A DNA stretch of 21,669 nucleotides from Octopus sinensis (Eukaryota), in NCBI RefSeq assembly GCF_006345805.1, contig NW_021823664.1, positions 1 to 21,669 of the forward strand. The letters run 5' to 3'. Positions 1 to 10,366 of the stretch are shown here, piece after piece. Each line of letters begins with the position of its first letter. Positions within the stretch are counted from its first letter, which is position 1. The notes beneath the pieces are model-generated. The model was not told the DNA's origin. It saw nothing but the letters and a program-made list of their open reading frames with translations, and did not search any database. The translations under genes and the position numbers were made by a program.

Positions 1-353
1 TGACGATGATGATGATGATGATGACGACGACGATGATGATAATGATGATGACGATGATGGTGATGGTGGTGGTGGTATTGATGGTGGTGGTGATGGTGGA
101 GATGGTGGTGATGGTGGTGGTGGTGGTGGTGATGATGGTGGTGATGATGATGATAATGATGATGACAATGATGGCGACGACGACGACGACGATGAAGATA
201 ATGATAATGATGATAACGATGATGTTCACTTCGCAGATGATGACGATGACAATGACGAAGACGATAATGGCGGCGGTAATGTTGAAGATGGTGATAATGG
301 TGATAATGAGGATCCACCCCCTCCTACGTTCTTTTCCGCTCCCTCTCCTCGCT

Positions 354-390
<37 letters not shown>

Positions 391-672
391 ACAACATCAC
401 CACCATCATCATCATTATCATCATCATCATCATCCACAATGCAAATCCTCTAGCGCCTGCTCCATCGCAATCTTTTCTCAACACTACCACATCCATCACA
501 CCCGCCGCCGCCGCCACCACCATACCACCACACCATATCACACCACTACCCCCACCGCCACCACCACCACCACCGCCGCCGCCACCACCGCCATCACCAT
601 ACTACCACCACCCTTTCATTATGACACTCCTTCAATCACGTTCCATCCCCCTATTTCTCATCATGGTATCAT
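1..672. repeat. Degenerate trinucleotide tract: (GAT/GGT/GAC)n at 1-310, then the complementary (CAT/CAC/CCA)n at ~352-672
   Basis: Directly visible. It explains the poly-M/V/I/P ORF 6..674. Confidence 0.95.
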
Positions 673-699
673 AATCATCATTAAAATTACAGTATCTTT

Positions 700-1088
700 T
701 TTCTTTTATTCTTTCACTTGTTTCAGTCATTTGAATGCGGCCATGCTGGAGCACTGCCCTTAGTCGAACAAATCGAACCCTTGAGTCTACTACTCATTCT
801 ATCGGTTTCGTTTGCCGAACTGCTAAGTTACAGGGTCGTAAACACACCAACATTGGTTGTCAAGCGATAGTGGCGGTGATGGACAGGGGAAAAACACAGA
901 TACACAAACATATATTTATATATATGTATATACAATGGGCTTCTTTCAGTTTATGCCTACCAAATCAACTCACAAGTCTTTGGTCGGCCTGAGGCTATAA
1001 TAGAAGACAATTGCCCAAGGTGCCACGCAGTGGAACTGAACCCGGAACCAGGTGGTTAGGAAGCAAGTTTCTTACCACACAGCCACAC
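700..1088 (-). mobile_element. tRNA-derived SINE, family B (near full length, internal TA/CA tract)
   Basis: Reverse complement of the family seen at 4438-4597 and 17439-17611/19540-19792. Shares the core ggtcggcc..gaggctata..agaagac..ttgcccaaggtgccacgcagtgg..ctgaacccggaacc and the tail ttgtttcagtcatttga..gcggccatgctggagca. Confidence 0.9.
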
Positions 1089-1139
1089 ATGTAACAAATT
1101 AGAAAAGGTGGCTTATTAGTAATTAATTTCATCTTTAGG

Positions 1140-1142
<3 letters not shown>

Positions 1143-1184
<42 letters not shown>

Positions 1185-1260
1185 TATAAGTGCCTTTACA
1201 TACATTCCAAAAATCCAACACGCAAACACGTGTGTATATGTATATATAATCATATATGCA

Positions 1261-1298
<38 letters not shown>

Positions 1299-1525
1299 CT
1301 ATATATAGAATATATATACATATATTATACATATATTCTTAATATATACATGTATAGAAATATGTATATACATATGTATTATGTATGTATATATATATAT
1401 ATATATATACATACATATATATTACAATATATACATATATATATGTATATAAGCATACATATATATACATATATATATGTATATAAATATGTATGTATGT
1501 ATATATACACACAGACACACACACA
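1143..1525. repeat. (TA)n / (TATG)n / (CA)n compound microsatellite
   Basis: Directly visible; source of the YI-repeat ORFs. Confidence 0.95.
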
Positions 1526-1564
1526 ATCATAACTTTTAACTTGACTTTGCATGTTTATTTCTTA

Positions 1565-1680
1565 GGAGGAAAGGTAAAACTGACCTCAACGTGTTTTGAA
1601 CTCGGAACGTAGAGAGCGCCAAATCATGTCGAGGTCAGCTTTGCCTTCCAGGGATCACCAAAATAAAGTGCCGGTCAAGT
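1565..1680. mobile_element. Two short degenerate fragments of SINE family A in opposite orientations
   Basis: ggtaaaactgacctcaacgtgttttgaactcggaacgta resembles the minus-strand B-box region. gtcgaggtcagctttgccttcc..gatc..aaataaagtgcc resembles the plus-strand body. Confidence 0.45.
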
Positions 1681-2287
1681 ATAATTTTTACTGCAGCCAA
1701 CCAACGTTATTCACGCTAAAATTGTTGACTTCGTGCAAAATTGAGAAAAAAAAAAACAAACAAACTATTATCTTCGAATTATTTTTATATTCCTCAGAGA
1801 AAGGAATTAGTATTTAATTCACTACATAAGTATTTCCTATGACTTGAATGAAGTTTAATATTTCTATTGTCGGCGGCGTTAATTACATTGACTGAACTTC
1901 AAAAAGTAACTCGATGCTTAGCCTACCTAAAATGCACTCAGAAACAGCCCTACTGGGTATTGACATCGAAATTACTGTATAATTACCGCACCGACCAGAT
2001 ACACCTCTCACCACTCCCATCTGCAAGCATTTTATTACAGCTTTCGTACCTTATTTACACTTCTCCCTAATAATCACCACGCCAAATTATACTAAAAATG
2101 TTAAGTCAGGAAGACAGAAGACGAATTGATGTGGAAGTCTTTACACGATCTCTCGATTTGTTTGTAATGATAAAGCATCCCTCAAATTTGCAACACACTT
2201 TATTTCTTTCTGCTATTGGTGCAATGCCTGATATTTTTTGGTTGAGAGGGGACTGACTATTTGATAACATCGTCATCCGTTCGTAAC

Positions 2288-2406
2288 TGGTACGTATTGT
2301 CTCGATGACACCTGAAAGAATTAAAGGCAGAGTCGACTTCAGAAGAATTAGAACGCAAAACGTAAAGCTGCTACAAATACCGATATACATTTCGCCGACT
2401 TTGCAA
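2288..2406 (-). mobile_element. Degenerate SINE family A fragment
   Basis: gacacctgaaagaattaaaggcagagtcgacttcagaagaattagaacgcaaaacgtaaag aligns to gacaccgaaaggatgaaaggcaaagtcgacctcggtggaatttgaactcagaacgt in the copies at 21040-21270. Confidence 0.65.
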
Positions 2407-2427
2407 CATACTATATTAATTTCAAAT

Positions 2428-2634
2428 TGTGGCACAAGGCCAGCAATTTCAAAGTAGGGATAAGTCTATTACAACGACCCCAGTGTTCAACAGGTACTTA
2501 ATTCTTTTATTGACCTCGAAATCATGACAGGTCAAGAAGACCTGGGCAGAATTTGAACTCAGAACGTAAAGACGAACGAAATGCCGCTAAGCATTTTTTT
2601 CCGGCGTGCAAACGATTCTGTCCGTACAGCGACC
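2428..2634 (-). mobile_element. tRNA-derived SINE family A, full length, diverged
   Basis: Contains gaatttgaactcagaacgtaaagacg..aaatgccgctaagcattt..ccggcgtgc..aacgattctg, the reverse complement of the A-family head and B box. Confidence 0.85.
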
Positions 2635-2655
2635 TTACAATATACTCTACTAAAA

Positions 2656-2867
2656 GGCGGCAAGCTGGTAGAAATGCCGGACGAAATGATTAGCAGTATT
2701 TCGCCTGTCTTTGCGTTCTGAGTTCAAATTCCATCGAGATCGTCTTTGCCTTTGATCCTTTCCGGGTCGATAAATTAAGTACCAGTCGGGTACTGGGGTC
2801 GATCTATTCGACTGCTTGCCTTCCCCAAAATTTCGGAAATTGTGCCTAAAGTAGAAGAGATTATTAT
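2656..2867 (+). mobile_element. tRNA-derived SINE family A
   Basis: Head ggcggcaagctggtagaa (A-box-like), B box gagttcaaattcc, body gtcgataaattaagtaccag..tactggggtcgatcta, tail gtagaagagattatt. Confidence 0.9.
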
Positions 2868-2877
2868 ATCAACCAAA

Positions 2878-3091
2878 GGTGGCGTGCTGGGTAGAAACGT
2901 TAGCACACCGGGCGAAATGCTTAGCGGTATTTCGTCAATATTTACGTCCTGAGTTCAAATTCCGCAGAGGTTGTCTTTGCCTTTCATCCTTTCCGGATCG
3001 ATAAATTAAGTACCAGTTGCGTACTGAGTCAATCCATTTGACTGGCCCCCTCCCCCAAAATTTCGGGCCTTGTGCCTAGAGTAGAAAAGAA
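2878..3091 (+). mobile_element. tRNA-derived SINE family A (second, tandem copy)
   Basis: Head ggtggcgtgctgggtagaaacgttagcac, B box gagttcaaattcc, tail ctggccccctcccccaaaatttcgggccttgtgcctagagtagaaaagaat. Confidence 0.9.
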
Positions 3092-3151
3092 TATACTATA
3101 TTAAAACACGCATTATTACATTAGAATGTAGTCTGGTGTATACAATTGTCT

Positions 3152-3563
3152 TCTTTAATCTTTAATCTTTAATCGTTTACTTGATTCATTCATTGAACTG
3201 CGGCCATACTGCGACACCGCCTTGAAGGGGTTTTTATAGTCTAGCCAATCGACACTCGTATAAGATACTTATTTTTTTGTAAAATTTGTTACTTATTTTA
3301 TATGTCGCTTTGGCTGAACCGCAAGTTTACAAAGACATAAACAAACCAGCACCGATCATCAAGCAGTAGTAGAGACAAACACAAAGTTGCGCGCGCACAC
3401 ACACTCATACACACACGACGGGATTCTACGCAGTTTCCTTCAAGCGAATTCACTCACAAAGCATTGGCCGCCCCGGAAGTATAATAGACGACGTTTGCCC
3501 AAGATGCCGTGCGAGAGGATTGAAGCTGAAACCACGTGGTTGTGGAACGAACTTCTTAGCCAG
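3152..3563 (-). mobile_element. Old, diverged SINE family B copy with (CTTTAAT)3 tail repeat
   Basis: Colinear but diverged match to 700-1088 (gcggccatactg..caccgcc, ttcactcacaaagcattggccg, tttgcccaagatgccg). Confidence 0.75.

Positions 3564-3598
<35 letters not shown>
3564..3598. repeat. (TAAA)n microsatellite
   Basis: Directly visible. Confidence 0.95.
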
Positions 3599-3599
<1 letters not shown>

Positions 3600-3604
3600 G
3601 AACA

Positions 3605-3715
3605 AAAGGCAGGATGGCCATGCTTTGAAAGCCTTTGATCATGGGTTTATTTTATCAGAACCGACTCAAGACTAAACAACAACAACAGCAACAACGACCA
3701 CAACGGCAACAACAT
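3605..3715 (+). mobile_element. Fragment of an unclassified interspersed repeat (family F), SINE-like 3' tail ending in (AAC)n
   Basis: ggatggccatgc..gcctttgatcatggg resembles the reverse complement of 20505-20545 (tgatcagaggttattccagccatgactatcc); followed by aacaacaac. Confidence 0.45.
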
Positions 3716-4035
3716 CGCCAAGAAGGAAGTGAATTATGTCAAGCAAGGAAACAAAATTGCTTTGCACTCAAAAACCGTCAATGGAAAAGCTGCGCGAATT
3801 GATAGAGACATTACGAAACCATTTCTAGATGCTCAATAAATAAATAAACAAATAATACCAAATGTAAACCAACAAAGAAAAACCCTTCCCCGACCCCAAA
3901 TTTATTAATCTTTTCTAAACTACTTCGCCCATTCAAAGAGCAGCATGGCCCTACCCTTTAAGGATCATCTCGTTCTCTTTGTTCTGATGGCTAATTGCTT
4001 AAACATATAGTCTTAAAATATACACTACCAGACAG

Positions 4036-4051
4036 ATATATATATGTAATA

Positions 4052-4101
<50 letters not shown>

Positions 4102-4120
4102 GTGTATATATATTTATATG
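4036..4120. repeat. (TA)n microsatellite
   Basis: Directly visible. Confidence 0.95.
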
Positions 4121-4437
4121 CATTCATGCACGTATACAGACATATATGAGGCGTACAAAGTGGGTCTTCCCCCTTAAATGCACTCGTTGGTCTATACAGT
4201 GGAATAGAGTACATATAATCTACCTAGGGTACGTGATAAATCAAACACATTGATTATAATTCTAGAAGATCACTTACCACTAGTAAAAGTCAGATCAGTA
4301 AAACGAAACGAAACATTTAAAACGTGTTACGTTTTCCTTTTTAGGTTTTAGATTATGAAACATTTTCTTATTCAGGTATTGGAAACTATCTATTTTTTTT
4401 TTCGTCAAAGTGCAGTGACGAATCCTTGTATAATATA

Positions 4438-4597
4438 GGCGCAGGAGTGGCTGTGTGGTAAGTAGCTTGCTTACAAATCGCATGGTTCCGGGTTCAGTCC
4501 CACAGCGTAGCACCTTGGGCAAGTGTCTTCTACTATAGCCTCGGGCCGACCAAAGCCTTGTGAGTGGATTTGGTAGACGGAAGCTGAAAGATGTCCA
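4438..4597 (+). mobile_element. SINE family B, 5' half (tRNA-like head plus core), followed by (TATG)n
   Basis: ggcgcaggagtggctgtgtggtaag (A box), ggttcagtccc (B box), ccttgggcaagtgtcttctactatagcctcgggccgaccaaagccttgtgagtggatttggtagacgg; (TATG)n at 4627-4688. Confidence 0.9.
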
Positions 4598-5160
4598 CAT
4601 ACATATTTGTGACTGCGTGTGTATTGTATGTATGTATGTATGTATGTATGTATGTATGTATGTATGTATGTATGTATGTATGTATGTATATATATAACAT
4701 AGATACATATAAAATAAAATTAAATGCAATGAAGATCAATGGAAATAAGCATAATAAAGCAGGCAGGTAAGGGAGAGAAAGATAGAAAAAAGCAGGAAGA
4801 TGTGTATATTTATATGTATGTGTGTATATATATATACATATATATACACACACACACATATATCTATGTGTGTATGTATGAATGTATGCATGTGTATGTC
4901 TATATAGTGTACAAATATGTGTGAGCGCGAGTGTGGGCTTTGTGTGTTTGTGTAGTTGTGGTTGTAAGTTTTTGGTAATGTATTCCTGTGTCAATGTCCT
5001 TTGGAACTTAGACCGCTATATTTAATTATATGAGATGATAACATTGCGGTTTGGCATCGAATCGCACTTGAAACATTCAATGCTGAGTTCCAAATAACTG
5101 CAATTGTGAAACGTACGTAAGAACTGAATATTTATACCGGGGTATATCTTAGTTTTTCAC

Positions 5161-5217
5161 TATATATATCCATATAAATATATTATATATTATATATATA
5201 TATATATATATAATATT

Positions 5218-5248
<31 letters not shown>

Positions 5249-5376
5249 GTATAATATTATATATATATATGTATATATATAGTATATATATGTATATGTA
5301 TATGTATATATCATATTATATATATTATATATATACACATATAAATATAGATATATATATGTATATATACATACAC

Positions 5377-5407
<31 letters not shown>

Positions 5408-5414
5408 CGTATAT
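5161..5414. repeat. (TA)n / (TATG)n compound microsatellite
   Basis: Directly visible. Confidence 0.95.
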
Positions 5415-5587
5415 ATCACCATGATAGATCGTTGGCCACTACAACACACTTTTTTTCTCTGTCCCTTTCTGTAGAAGAGCGTAGGCTGGAAACGTAAAAG
5501 ACTTTTTCTCTTCCTGGCGTTATACTAATGCATCTGTTTGTTTTGTACACCACCTGTCTTCGTCTTTTGTTTGTTTCGTAAACTCCC
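5415..5587 (+). mobile_element. Short hammerhead-like unit between (TA)n tracts, probable Penelope-like element terminal fragment
   Basis: Non-microsatellite island flanked by (TA)n on both sides and containing the hammerhead-like motif at 5465-5500. The family assignment is inference. Confidence 0.5.
5465..5500 (+). ncRNA. Degenerate minimal type I hammerhead ribozyme motif
   Basis: cttt CTGTAGA a gagc-gtag-gctg GAAA C GTA aaag. Stem I cttt/aaag; core CUGANGA with A6 changed to U; stem II agc/gct; palindromic ACGT stem III; GUA cleavage triplet. Confidence 0.5.
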
Positions 5588-5599
5588 ATATATATATAT

Positions 5600-5642
<43 letters not shown>

Positions 5643-5645
5643 ATG
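5588..5645. repeat. (TA)n tract between two convergent hammerhead-like units
   Basis: Directly visible. Confidence 0.95.
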
Positions 5646-6120
5646 TATGTTGTATGTAAACTTACTTGGAATGGGATGCGTGGCATTCATTAAATAATGT
5701 ATATGCATATATGGTTACAGGTCGTCACCAACTGTGTTAATAACATGAAATACGAAACGAAACGAGTTAAATGTGCAAACTTCGAGAGAAAAAATAGATA
5801 ACAGGACATGTAAACACAGAACGACCCTCTCATCAGTTGTCGGCTGTCTATCTACTCCTCATTTCGAGCATTCAACACGACAATGTGAGTCTTCAACCAC
5901 ATTTGCGCCCATAAATTCTAAAATAAAATTTAGGATGTATAGAGAGTCAAAAGTGGGAAGAAAAACAGGACGTGGAACAAGGGTAGTGTTATTGGACGCT
6001 CAGAAAAGGAAAGAAAGGAGGATTTAACGTTGCGAGCGTAGCTCTTCGTCAGAAACATAGAAAAAGGAAAGGTCCAAGGAAGGGAAGACGGAGAAAGAAA
6101 ATCGCCAACGGTACACACGC
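5646..6120 (-). mobile_element. Hammerhead-like unit, probable Penelope-like element terminal fragment; 3' end abuts (TA)n
   Basis: Contains the motif at 6023-6055 and is bounded by (TA)n on the left and the CR1 tail on the right. Boundaries approximate; assignment is inference. Confidence 0.45.
6023..6055 (-). ncRNA. Degenerate minimal type I hammerhead ribozyme motif
   Basis: Minus strand reads ttt CTGACGA a gagc-tac-gctc GCAA C GTT aaa. Intact CUGACGA, perfect 4-bp stem II, GAAA changed to GCAA, ACGT stem III, stem I ttt/aaa. Confidence 0.55.
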
Positions 6121-6124
6121 TGTA

Positions 6125-7860
6125 TACTTTGATACTTTGATAGGTTTCGGCCATTATTGGCCCAGGCCATGTCTAACTTAATAGCACCACCTGGTGAAGT
6201 CTTTCAAGTCAGAATTTGGGCACTATGGCCCACTCAAGTAGAGAGTTATTGTTTACAGAGACATATCCGGTGTAGGGGGTTTATCCGGATTTCTTGAAGG
6301 AATCTGTCCAAACACTTCTTGAACCCTATAGGGTCAGTTTTCTGTTTTAATTGTTTTGGTGTAATGTTAAAGAGAGCGGGGCCCAATTGAGGTGAAATAA
6401 TTGTGCCGTATTGTTGTTATGAGATGAGAGTGCGATTTTTGTTTTGGGCGGATGGCACGGGGCCCAAGCCTTGGATGTACCTTAAAGTGATGCCAACATC
6501 ATTGGGCAATGCTGATGGAATATTTTCCACATCATGCAGATGATGTAAGCGCTCACGACGACGTTGGAGAGAATAGAGTTTTAGCTTTCTAGTCGACCCC
6601 AATAGTCGAGGCCTGTCATGCCCTATCTTTTTTGTGATTGCCCTTTGAGGTGCTTCAACTTTTATGATACCTTGTATTGTGTGGGGAGACCCCAGTGGAC
6701 AACAGTATTCAAGGTGGGGTCGGGCAAAAGTGAGAAGAGAAGGATAATGGTGTGGATATCTCTCGACTGGAAAGTTCTGAGAATCCAGGAACACATTCTG
6801 CGGGCCATGTCAACTTTGGTGTTTATATGAGTGGCCCAGCTTACGTTGTTGTCCACATTACTCCCAAGTCTCTGATGTTGTTGACGCCGCGAGAGTTTCA
6901 CCTGAGGAAGGGAGTATGGGAGTTTTCAGGGCATCTCTCTTTTCCAAAGTGGATTAGCTCAATTTTATCCTCTTTCAGCAGCATATTGTTTTTTTCTGCC
7001 CATTGGATAACCGCCATAGATCTGACTGAAGGCATGTCCGGTCACTCGCCTCATTTATGACCTTCTGTAGCTTGGAGTCATCTGCAAAGATTTTTATGTT
7101 GCTGTGCTTGATGATGTCATTAATGTCATTATGTAAATGATGAAAAGAAGTGGGCCCAGCACAGTGCCTTGCGGAACGCCACTACTGACTTTGGCTGGGC
7201 TTGATTTTACCCCTTCAACTACAAATGTTGAGATCTGTCTGTCAGGAAACACTTAATCCATTCAGTAACTTTCCAGAGACACCAATGTTGGATAGTTTTT
7301 TCAATAGGATCTTGTGATCGACCCTGTCGAAGGCCTTACTGAAATCAAGGTAGATGACATCGGTGTTGGAGCCCTCTCCCAAAGCTCTCAAAATGTCCTC
7401 AAAGTGATGCAGGAGCTGCGTTAGGCAGTCCCTTCCATTACGGAACCCATGTTGGTTGGTGATCAGCCGCCGTCTTTGCTTCCAGAAATTGGGTTATTCG
7501 AGATCTCACCACCCTCTCAAATACCTTGATGATATGAGAGGTGAGTGAGATCGGACGGTAATTCACTGCAAGGGACTTGTTCCCTTTTTGAAAACTGGGA
7601 CAACAGACTGGGACAGAAGGTTTTTTGGAAATAGCCAGCATCCAGTGAGTTTCTCCACAGATTAGCAAGGGGAGATGCAACGTTGGTGTCGACACACCTT
7701 CAGGACACAAGCAGGGAACCTATCGGGCCTACTGCTGAATTGTTTTTTATTTCGTTATCGCCGCTAAGACATCAGGGCACTAAACGTTATGTCCGATATA
7801 GTGTGTTGGGGGTTGACATCACTGATACAGCCCAGATCGGCCATATCAGGATTGCTGAAA
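6125..7860 (-). mobile_element. CR1-clade non-LTR retrotransposon (LINE), 5'-truncated, ORF2 reverse transcriptase pseudogene
   Basis: Minus-strand translation across frameshifts gives NSAVGPD, NYRPISLTSHIIKVFERVV, NQHGFRNGRDCLTQLL, VIYLDFSKAFDRVDHK, GVPQGTVLGPLLF, FADDSK, RPHLEYCCPL, LKLYSLQRRRER. 3' end has a tandem 8-mer tail (TATCAAAG)2 at 6125-6142. Confidence 0.92.
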
Positions 7861-7877
7861 ATATATATATATATATA

Positions 7878-7965
<88 letters not shown>

Positions 7966-8077
7966 TATATATACACATACACACATACACACACAACACA
8001 CACACACACATATATATATATGTATATATATAGGTATATATAATATATTATATAAGATATATATATATATATAATAT

Positions 8078-8140
<63 letters not shown>

Positions 8141-8162
8141 TATGTATGATGTATGTATGCAT
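7861..8162. repeat. (TA)n / (CA)n compound microsatellite
   Basis: Directly visible. Confidence 0.95.
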
Positions 8163-8577
8163 GTAGTTGCACAGATAATTCTATATATTAGTGACGAGTT
8201 TACTTATGCCTTTCGTTTGTAAATTGCGAATAGCCACCTTAATAATTCTCACTTACCATTTCCGGAATCAGTCAATGCTCCCTATGGTGCTCTCTATAAG
8301 GCTTACAAGGTGAGTTAAGGTTTTAACCTTCAGCGACGAAGTAATGGGTCACTGATAAATATTGATCAACTCTGAAATCAGCGTTGATATGACTCCATTT
8401 CCCTTGCCATAGGAGGCTTGTCTCCCTTCGATAAGTGCTTGCACGTAGTTAAGAGTTGTTTTGACTCTTATTTCTAGCAATGCTGGTGTTGACTAGCAAC
8501 CTCAGCCTGGTTGGATTGTCTTTGGTCGTAGATCTTCTGGATCAGGACTGAACTGGACCTAAAAACCACTAACCAGA

Positions 8578-9368
8578 TCACCATCAGCACTCCTGGGCTC
8601 CCACCAGCATTATCAGTACTACTACCACCACCAACACCAACACCACCAGCAGCACCACCACCACTACCACCTCTACACCCATCACCACAACCACCATCAC
8701 CACCACCATCTCCACCATCAGACCCAGGCCTCCACCGGCACTACCACCTCCACCAACACCATTACCATCACCCCCCCCATCCCCACCACTATCATCCTCA
8801 GGCCCCCAACAGCACTACTAGCACCAACAACATCACCACCACCACCAACAGCAACAACTCTACCACCACCAGCATCCCCACTACTATCACCCTTAGGCCC
8901 CCCACCAGCACCAACAGCACCCCTAGTACAACCAGCACCACCAACAACACCTGCACAGCACCAGCACCAACACAAGCACCGCCATTATAACCATTATCAC
9001 CAGCACCAGCACCACCACCATCACCACAACCACCATCACCATCACCACTACCATCTCCACCATCAACCCAAGGCCTCCACCAAGACAAGCACCGCCATTA
9101 TAATCATTATCACCAGCACCACCACCATCACCATAACCACAACCACTATCATCTCCACCATCAGCCCCAGGCCTCCATCAGCACTACCACCACCACCACT
9201 ACAACCACCGTCACCATCACCATAACCATCACCACAACCATATCCACCATCAGCCCCAGGCCTCCACCAGCACTACCACCACCAGCACCAGCACCACCAC
9301 CACCACCACCAGCACCACTACCACCACCACCAACAACAACAACAACAACAATAACAACAGCAGCAACA
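8578..9368. repeat. (ACC/ATC/AGC/AAC)n low-complexity tract with cryptic higher-order repeats
   Basis: The anchor catctccaccatcag.cccaggcctccacc.gcactaccacc recurs near 8708, 9052, 9151 and 9243; caagcaccgccattataa.cattatcaccagcacc occurs twice. Confidence 0.9.
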
Positions 9369-10080
9369 AGAGTGCCGATGGAACATGATTATCTGATCCA
9401 TAATGTTAAAGTGATTATGGTGGGGGGTGGAGGACACTGATTAAGATTTTTATTGAAGACTAGGTGGAGCATGCTTAAACCTGCTTGTTAGATAATATGG
9501 TACCTTTAAAACCAACTAAAGTGATTAAAATTTGAATGTATCGCTAAAGTAATTAGTGAATTTCATGTGCATTTAAGAAAAAAGAAAAAAAAAATGTTTG
9601 ATGTTTAAAGCGTTATTTCGTGTACAGCTGTTCCTAGACGGATTTTCTCAACTAATTAGAGGTTAACGCTTATGAAATAAAACAAAACACGAACGGAAAA
9701 ATTACAAATAAAATAATAATTAAAATACGGAGAAAAACAAATCAGAGAAAATCCCCTTAATTACAACCAGCTGATGTTGAATAACGGCAATATCAGGAAC
9801 AACAATATTTGTAGCAGAAGTAGTAGTAGTAGTCGCGATCGTCATCAATGTCGTTGTCGTAGTAGTAGTAGTAGTAGTGATTCACTTTGTAGTAATTAAA
9901 ATATTGTTAATAAAAAAAGAAAAATGATTTTTAACTTTGACAGAAGGCCACAAAATCTGAAGGAAGGATGCTGTCGATTAAAAGACTCTTCTCTACGTAT
10001 TTTCGAAGACTCCTTGAAAAAAAAAAAAAACTACCAGAGTCGACTCAGAATGTAAAATGATGAAATTGAAAATAAACATA

Positions 10081-10291
10081 TCTACTATAGGCACAAAGCC
10101 TGAAATTTGCAAGGAGGGGGTTAATCGAAAGCATTGACCCCCCAGTGTTTCGCTGGTACTTAATTTATCGAGCCCGAAAGGGATAAACAGCAAAGTCGAC
10201 CTCGGCGGAATTTGAACTCAGAACGTGCAGACGTACGACATGCTGCTAAGCATTTTGTCCGGTGTGCTAACCATTCTGCCAGCTCGCCGCC
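10081..10291 (-). mobile_element. tRNA-derived SINE family A, full length
   Basis: Head aaccattctgccagctcgccgcc, B box ggaatttgaactc, body gtcgacctcggc, tail taggcacaaagcctgaaattt (all as reverse complement). Confidence 0.92.
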
Positions 10292-10292
10292 T

Positions 10293-10293
<1 letters not shown>

Positions 10294-10342
<49 letters not shown>

Positions 10343-10366
10343 ATAATAATAATAATAATAATAATT
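10294..10366. repeat. (ACT)n followed by (AAT)n microsatellite
   Basis: Directly visible. Confidence 0.95.

Noticed and set aside
6-674. 222-aa ORF rich in M/V/I/T/P
   Set aside because: Pure translation of trinucleotide repeats; no domain or splice context.
5820-5840. Minus-strand CTGATGA
   Set aside because: Not followed by a stem II and GAAA.
1135-8172. Numerous YI/HT-repeat ORFs
   Set aside because: Translations of (TA)n, (TATG)n and (CA)n microsatellites.
8300-8470. Several short hairpins (aaggtt-tt-aacctt; atcaac..gttgat; aagagt..actctt)
   Set aside because: Stems of about 6 bp in AT-rich DNA are expected by chance, and no RNA family motif was recognised.
8578-9368. CRISPR-like array or mucin/extensin-like coding repeat
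   Set aside because: Units are low-complexity and variable with no unique spacers, the context is eukaryotic, and the reading frames are short and interrupted.
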